From Dehalococcoidales bacterium (GTDB lineage Bacteria > Chloroflexota > Dehalococcoidia > Dehalococcoidales > UBA1222): DNA of 38,735 nt. Position 1 is the first letter of the stretch. Every line of letters begins with the position of its first letter. Under the pieces are notes generated by a model, which worked only from the letters and a program-made list of their open reading frames with translations, searched no databases and was not told where the DNA came from. The translations under genes and the position numbers were made by a program. Location of the stretch: the NCBI GenBank assembly GCA_016284035.1, contig JAEEOC010000069.1:1-38735 (forward strand), in the 5' to 3' direction. Positions 34,092 to 38,735 of the stretch are shown here, in pieces.

Positions 34092-35948
34092 ATGGCTGAT
34101 TTACTTGATAAGATCAATGATCCTAAGGATCTAAAAAGACTGTCAGAAAAGGATCTCCCAAAGCTTGCTGAAGAGATCAGACATGAAATAATAGAAACCG
34201 TAAATCAGACCGGAGGACACCTTGCATCATCACTCGGTGCAGTGGATCTAACGATAGCACTCCATCGTGTATTCAATGCTCCAAAAGACAAGATCATTTG
34301 GGATGTAGGGCATCAGGCATATGCACATAAGATCCTTACCGGACGACGTGAAGCATTCCATTCTCAGCGTCAGTATAAAGGCATCTCGGGTTTCCCAAAC
34401 AGAGATGAGAGCGTATATGATTCATTCGTAGCCGGACATGCATCAACATCGATCTCGGCAGCAGTCGGCATGGCTGTTGCACGTGACATGAACAAAGATG
34501 ACTACAACGTTATTGCAGTAATTGGCGACGGATCAATCACCGGAGGTATGGCATACGAAGCGCTTAATAACGTTCTGTCATCAGATACAAAGATCATCGT
34601 TATATTGAACGATAATGGAATGTCTATTTCACCAACGACAGGTGTTTTCTCAAAATTATTGGGTAAAGTTAGATTTGATTATCATTACTACAAAGGCGCT
34701 GAACAAGGCAAAAAAATATTCAATTCGAATAAACCAGGAAGAGCGATCTGGGGATGGATGCGTAAGGTAAAACGCTCAGTTAAAAGTTATGTCCTTCCTA
34801 CAACACTCTGGGAAAATCTAGGGCTTGCATATCTTGGTCCGGTCAACGGTCACAACATAAAAGAACTAGAGAGCGCCTTCAAAAAAGCACGTGATTACGA
34901 CAAAAAATCCGTTCTGATTCATGTGATAACAACAAAAGGGAAGGGCTACAAACCGGCTGAAGATGATCCATCAAAATATCATGGTGTATCTCCCGCCGGC
35001 AGTAAACCCAGGACTGCACCTACATATTCTCAAGTATTTGCAGACACAATGAAAGACATCATGGAAAAGGACGACAAAGTAGTCGTTATAACCCCAGCTA
35101 TGCCTGACGGAAACTGCCTAACTGAACTTCAGAAAGAGTTTCCCAAACGCATCATGGATGTCGGTATCTGTGAACAGCATGCTGTCACATTCGCTGCGGG
35201 TCTGGCAACAGAAGGCATCCGTCCAGTAGTAGCTATTTATTCAACTTTCTTACAAAGAAGTTTCGATCAGATCATCCACGATGTTGCGTTACAGAATCTT
35301 CCCATAACCTTCGCGGTCGACCGAGGCGGAATCGTAGGAGATGACGGAAAAACTCATCAAGGCATCTTTGATCTGTCTTATCTACCGCTTATTCCAAATC
35401 TAAATGTTGCCGCTCCCAGAGATGAAAACATGCTGAGACAGCTTCTCTATACATCTGTCTACAAATCAAATCATCCCATGGCAATCCGATATCCCAGAGG
35501 TTCAGCTATCGGAGCTGAGATCATAAAAGACTTTATTCCCATCGAGATTGGAAAGGCAGAAGTGCTGAGAACAGGAAAAGATATCACGATCGTCCCAATC
35601 GGTTTTTGCGTCAATGAGGCACTCGAAGCGGCTAAGATGCTCGCTGAAAAAGGTTATGAAGCTACCGTCATCGACCCAGTCTTTGCTTCTCCAATCGACA
35701 TCGATAAAATTTCCGCATCAGTTTCGAATACTAAGCATCTTTTGACTGTTGAAGAAAACGTTTTAGCTTCAGGATTTGGGGCAAATGTCATAGAGAAACT
35801 CAAAAACATGGATATAGAATTCAAGTCGCATTCATTAGGTATACCTGACGAATTCGTCGAGCATGGACCTCAGTCCATCCTCAGACACAATTATGGAATA
35901 GACCGCGACGGCATATTCGCTGCCGCATTTGAACTGATAAGTAAATAA
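34092..35948 (+). CDS. dxs: 1-deoxy-D-xylulose-5-phosphate synthase
   Basis: 618 aa with GGHLASSLG, WDVGHQAYAHKILTGR and the GDGSITGGMAYEALNN ThDP motif. Confidence 0.95.
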   Translation: MADLLDKINDPKDLKRLSEKDLPKLAEEIRHEIIETVNQTGGHLASSLGAVDLTIALHRVFNAPKDKIIWDVGHQAYAHKILTGRREAFHSQRQYKGISGFPNRDESVYDSFVAGHASTSISAAVGMAVARDMNKDDYNVIAVIGDGSITGGMAYEALNNVLSSDTKIIVILNDNGMSISPTTGVFSKLLGKVRFDYHYYKGAEQGKKIFNSNKPGRAIWGWMRKVKRSVKSYVLPTTLWENLGLAYLGPVNGHNIKELESAFKKARDYDKKSVLIHVITTKGKGYKPAEDDPSKYHGVSPAGSKPRTAPTYSQVFADTMKDIMEKDDKVVVITPAMPDGNCLTELQKEFPKRIMDVGICEQHAVTFAAGLATEGIRPVVAIYSTFLQRSFDQIIHDVALQNLPITFAVDRGGIVGDDGKTHQGIFDLSYLPLIPNLNVAAPRDENMLRQLLYTSVYKSNHPMAIRYPRGSAIGAEIIKDFIPIEIGKAEVLRTGKDITIVPIGFCVNEALEAAKMLAEKGYEATVIDPVFASPIDIDKISASVSNTKHLLTVEENVLASGFGANVIEKLKNMDIEFKSHSLGIPDEFVEHGPQSILRHNYGIDRDGIFAAAFELISK

Positions 35949-35975
35949 TATAGATAGAGGGAGAGGGTGTTTCAA

Positions 35976-37163
35976 ATGCAGAAGAAAAGCTTAAGAGACA
36001 TCAATGTTACATCCAAGAGAGTACTTACCCGTGTCGATTTCAATGTTCCTATGGATGAGGAAAAAGGCATCATTACCAACGAGAATCGTATCATCGAAGC
36101 TCTTCCAACCATCAAATACCTTTTATCCAATAACGCTAAGATAATCCTCTGTTCACACATGGGAAGACCTAAAGGTGAACCTAATCCCAAATATTCATTA
36201 GCACCAGTCGCAAAAAGACTTTCTGAACTGATCGATAAACCGGTAAAGATGGCTCCGGATTGTATCGGTGATGCGACCAAGAAGATCGTCATGGGCATGA
36301 AAGACGGAGACGTCGTGATGCTTGAAAACCTCAGGTTCCATGAAGAAGAAGAGAAGAACGTACCGGAATTCGCCAAAGAGCTTGCTGATCTCGGAGAAAT
36401 CTACTGTGATGACGCATTTGGTACTGCTCACAGAAAACATGCATCCATAGTTGGCGTTACCAAGTATCTTCCGTCTGTCTGTGGCTTCCTTTTAGATAAA
36501 GAGATCAAGACCCTTGGCTCCATCCTTGACGAACCGAAACAGCCGTTTGGCGTCATGCTGGGAGGTGCAAAAGTTGAAGATAAAGTCGCTCTTATCGAGA
36601 ATATCGTATCCAAGGTCGACCGCATCATCATCGGCGGAGGTATGGCAGCAACGTTCCTTAAAGCTAAAGGCTATGAAGTAGGAGCGTCCTTGCTCGATAC
36701 GAATATCGAACAAGCATCCTATCTGCTCGATCTGGCCAAGATGAACAAAGTAGAAGTCGTTCTTCCGAACGACGTTGTCGTGACAGAAGTTGGCACCAAT
36801 GAAGCGGCAATCAGGAACGTTAAAGTTGATGCAATCCCGCAGGATATGCGAATCGTCGACATGGGAACTGAAACGATAGAACTCTTCAAATCCAAGCTAG
36901 AACCATTGGCAACACTTTTCTGGAACGGTCCCAGCGGTATCTATGAAGTACCTGCTTTCTCTACTGGGACCCGTGAAATGGTCAAATTCGTATCTGAAAT
37001 GAAAGGGCAGACCATCATTGGCGGAGGTTCAACAGCCGAAGTCGTCACTAACTGGGGTTATGCTCCTAAGATGAGCTTTGTATCCACCGGCGGCGGTGCA
37101 TCATTGAAATTCCTCAGCGGAGAGATTCTTCCCGGTCTCGATGCACTTGATGATATGGAATAG
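35976..37163 (+). CDS. pgk: phosphoglycerate kinase
   Basis: RVDFNVP, SHMGRPKG, GGAKVEDK and the C-terminal STGGGASL. The ATG at 35976 follows a GAGGGAGAGGG RBS. Confidence 0.95.
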   Translation: MQKKSLRDINVTSKRVLTRVDFNVPMDEEKGIITNENRIIEALPTIKYLLSNNAKIILCSHMGRPKGEPNPKYSLAPVAKRLSELIDKPVKMAPDCIGDATKKIVMGMKDGDVVMLENLRFHEEEEKNVPEFAKELADLGEIYCDDAFGTAHRKHASIVGVTKYLPSVCGFLLDKEIKTLGSILDEPKQPFGVMLGGAKVEDKVALIENIVSKVDRIIIGGGMAATFLKAKGYEVGASLLDTNIEQASYLLDLAKMNKVEVVLPNDVVVTEVGTNEAAIRNVKVDAIPQDMRIVDMGTETIELFKSKLEPLATLFWNGPSGIYEVPAFSTGTREMVKFVSEMKGQTIIGGGSTAEVVTNWGYAPKMSFVSTGGGASLKFLSGEILPGLDALDDME

Positions 37164-37175
37164 GACATAGAAAAC

Positions 37176-38384
37176 ATGGAAACACTTATAGACGTAGTCA
37201 AGAAACAATATAAAGAAACTGAATCCAAGATCGTCATGTTGGTCTTCGATGGATTGGGCGGACTTCCAGATCCTAAGACTGAACTGACAGAACTCGAAAC
37301 AGCCAAGACACCAAACCTCGATAAACTGGCTTATAAATCAGAGGTCGGTCTTTCATTACCTGTCGGTGCAGGAATCACACCTGGAAGCGGCCCCGGACAT
37401 TTGGGGCTATTTGGCTATGATCCAATCAAATACCTTATCGGAAGAGGTATCCTCGAAGCATTGGGAATCGATTTCCCAATCGAGGAGGGCGATATCTGTA
37501 TCCGTGCAAACTTCTGTACTTTAGACAAGAACGGGAATATAACTGACCGACGTGCAGGACGAATCCCCACTTCCGAAAGCAGATTGATCTGCGATCAGAT
37601 CGATGGCATGGAATTCGATGGAGTTAAGGTCATTGTCCGTTCTGTAAAAGACCATCGATGTGTAGTTGTTTTAAGAGGTAAAGGTCTCTCAGCAGATATA
37701 GCCGATACTGATCCCCAGCAGTGCGGCGTTAAACCGCTGCCCGCTGTCGCCTTGAGCGAAGGAGCACAGAAGGCAGCCGATGTACTCAATAAATTCCTGA
37801 AAGAAGTTCAGGAAACTCTGAAAGTCCAGCCCAAGGCTAATATGATCTTGCTTCGCGGTATATCCTCAAAGCCTGATCTTCCTTCCATGAAAGAACGATA
37901 CGGGCTTAATTGTGCAGCCATCGCAGCATATCCCATGTATAGAGGACTCGCTAAAGTAGTTGGAATGGATGTACTGAAGACCGGAACAACGATTGAAGAT
38001 GAGATCAATACACTCAAGGAAGTATGGGATAAATATACATTCTTCTTTGTTCATGTTAAAGGCACTGACGCAGCAGGTGAGGACGGAGACTTTATGAGGA
38101 AAGTCAAAGTGATTGAAGACGTGGACAAATGGATACCAGATATACTCAAGCTCAAACCTGATTGTCTGGTAGTCTGCGGAGATCATTCGACGCCTGCCAT
38201 GATGAAGAGCCATAGTTGGCACGGCGTACCACTTCTCATAAATTCAAATCTTACCAGATATGACAAAATCAAAAAATTTGGTGAATCCGAATGCAGATTC
38301 GGTTCATTAGTAAATATACCTGCAGTCAATATCATGCCTTTGGCATTGGCGTGCGCAGGAAAACTTGAAAAATATGGAGCTTAA
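37176..38384 (+). CDS. apgM: 2,3-bisphosphoglycerate-independent phosphoglycerate mutase, archaeal-type
   Basis: 402 aa with VFDGLGG, FVHVKGTDAAGEDGDF and CGDHSTP blocks, typical of ApgM and not of the GpmI or GpmA types. Confidence 0.85.
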   Translation: METLIDVVKKQYKETESKIVMLVFDGLGGLPDPKTELTELETAKTPNLDKLAYKSEVGLSLPVGAGITPGSGPGHLGLFGYDPIKYLIGRGILEALGIDFPIEEGDICIRANFCTLDKNGNITDRRAGRIPTSESRLICDQIDGMEFDGVKVIVRSVKDHRCVVVLRGKGLSADIADTDPQQCGVKPLPAVALSEGAQKAADVLNKFLKEVQETLKVQPKANMILLRGISSKPDLPSMKERYGLNCAAIAAYPMYRGLAKVVGMDVLKTGTTIEDEINTLKEVWDKYTFFFVHVKGTDAAGEDGDFMRKVKVIEDVDKWIPDILKLKPDCLVVCGDHSTPAMMKSHSWHGVPLLINSNLTRYDKIKKFGESECRFGSLVNIPAVNIMPLALACAGKLEKYGA

Positions 38385-38386
38385 TC

Positions 38387-38735
38387 ATGCGTAAGTATCT
38401 CGTAGCCGGAAACTGGAAGATGAATGGAACTTTGGACGAGGCAGTTAACCTGTCAGAAAAGCTGGCGGAAGCTGTCGGTGATTATACTGAAGTAGATATC
38501 CTCATCTGTCCACCGGCCATCGACATACCAAGCGTATCGTTCTGCATCAGAAACACCCAGATCAAACTGGGAGCACAGAACATGAATGCAAATGCTTCAG
38601 GAGCTTTTACCGGTGAGATCAGCTATAACATGCTTAAGCCTTTCTGCCAATATGTAATCTTAGGTCATTCTGAACGAAGACAGATATTCGGTGAAAAAGA
38701 TGCCATGATTGCTGAAAAGGCTAGGTCAGCAGTCG
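38387..38735 (+). CDS. tpiA: triosephosphate isomerase (3' end truncated by the window)
   Basis: Manual translation from the ATG at 38387 gives MRKYLVAGNWKMNGT...GAFTGEIS...ILGHSERR. The frame stays open to the window end. It is absent from the ORF track because no stop is reached. Confidence 0.9.
   Translation, partial: MRKYLVAGNWKMNGTLDEAVNLSEKLAEAVGDYTEVDILICPPAIDIPSVSFCIRNTQIKLGAQNMNANASGAFTGEISYNMLKPFCQYVILGHSERRQIFGEKDAMIAEKARSAV

Noticed and set aside
35972-36713. Minus-strand ORFs within pgk, and similar ones within apgM (37595-38222), panB (17083-17633), icd, and the aconitase-family large and small subunit genes
   Set aside because: These are antisense shadows of highly conserved enzymes, with no independent support.

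Overview
Densely coding bacterial chromosomal segment. I count 43 protein genes and one tRNA, and see no rRNA, CRISPR array, transposase or integrase. Most of it is core metabolism in tightly coupled operons with many TAATG/ATGA-type start-stop overlaps. These are: carA-carB-nadE (-); gpx plus an OhrR-like MarR (+); GNAT-PaaI thioesterase (-); panG-like/panB/panC (-), preceded by a structured leader with a terminator hairpin; LeuCD-type aconitase-family large and small subunits coupled to an isocitrate-dehydrogenase-like gene (+); moaA-moaC-MoaE-like-HIT (+); nadK-Nudix (-); tRNA-Arg(TCT) (-); dxs; and pgk-apgM (archaeal-type iPGM)-tpiA (+, tpiA cut by the window end). Less ordinary content: (i) a six-gene minus-strand operon (18.9-24.5 kb) in which an FtsX/MacB-type ABC pair sits inside a TauT/NitT-type ABC importer and is followed by a DUF169 gene; (ii) an accessory-looking block of five uncharacterised genes (12.3-16.1 kb), AT-rich by eye: a membrane-anchored protein, a secreted beta-rich protein, a Thr-rich BspA-type LRR lipoprotein, a DUF2974/Mbeg1-like hydrolase, and a minimal Bud32/RIO-like kinase overlapping it by 41 nt; (iii) an ACT-ACT-MBL fusion protein; (iv) an SPFH protein with three C-terminal zinc ribbons; (v) an operon of permease, His-rich CsoR-family repressor and small membrane protein; (vi) promoters placed so that transcription should start at or next to the ATG (leaderless candidates: dxs and the DUF2974 gene). 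The taxon cannot be fixed from the sequence. The gene content (DegV, pan leader, split aconitase plus IDH, archaeal-type iPGM, DXS) suggests an anaerobic Chloroflexota- or Firmicutes-like bacterium, but that is inference only. All functional calls come from motif recognition by eye; no database search was run.
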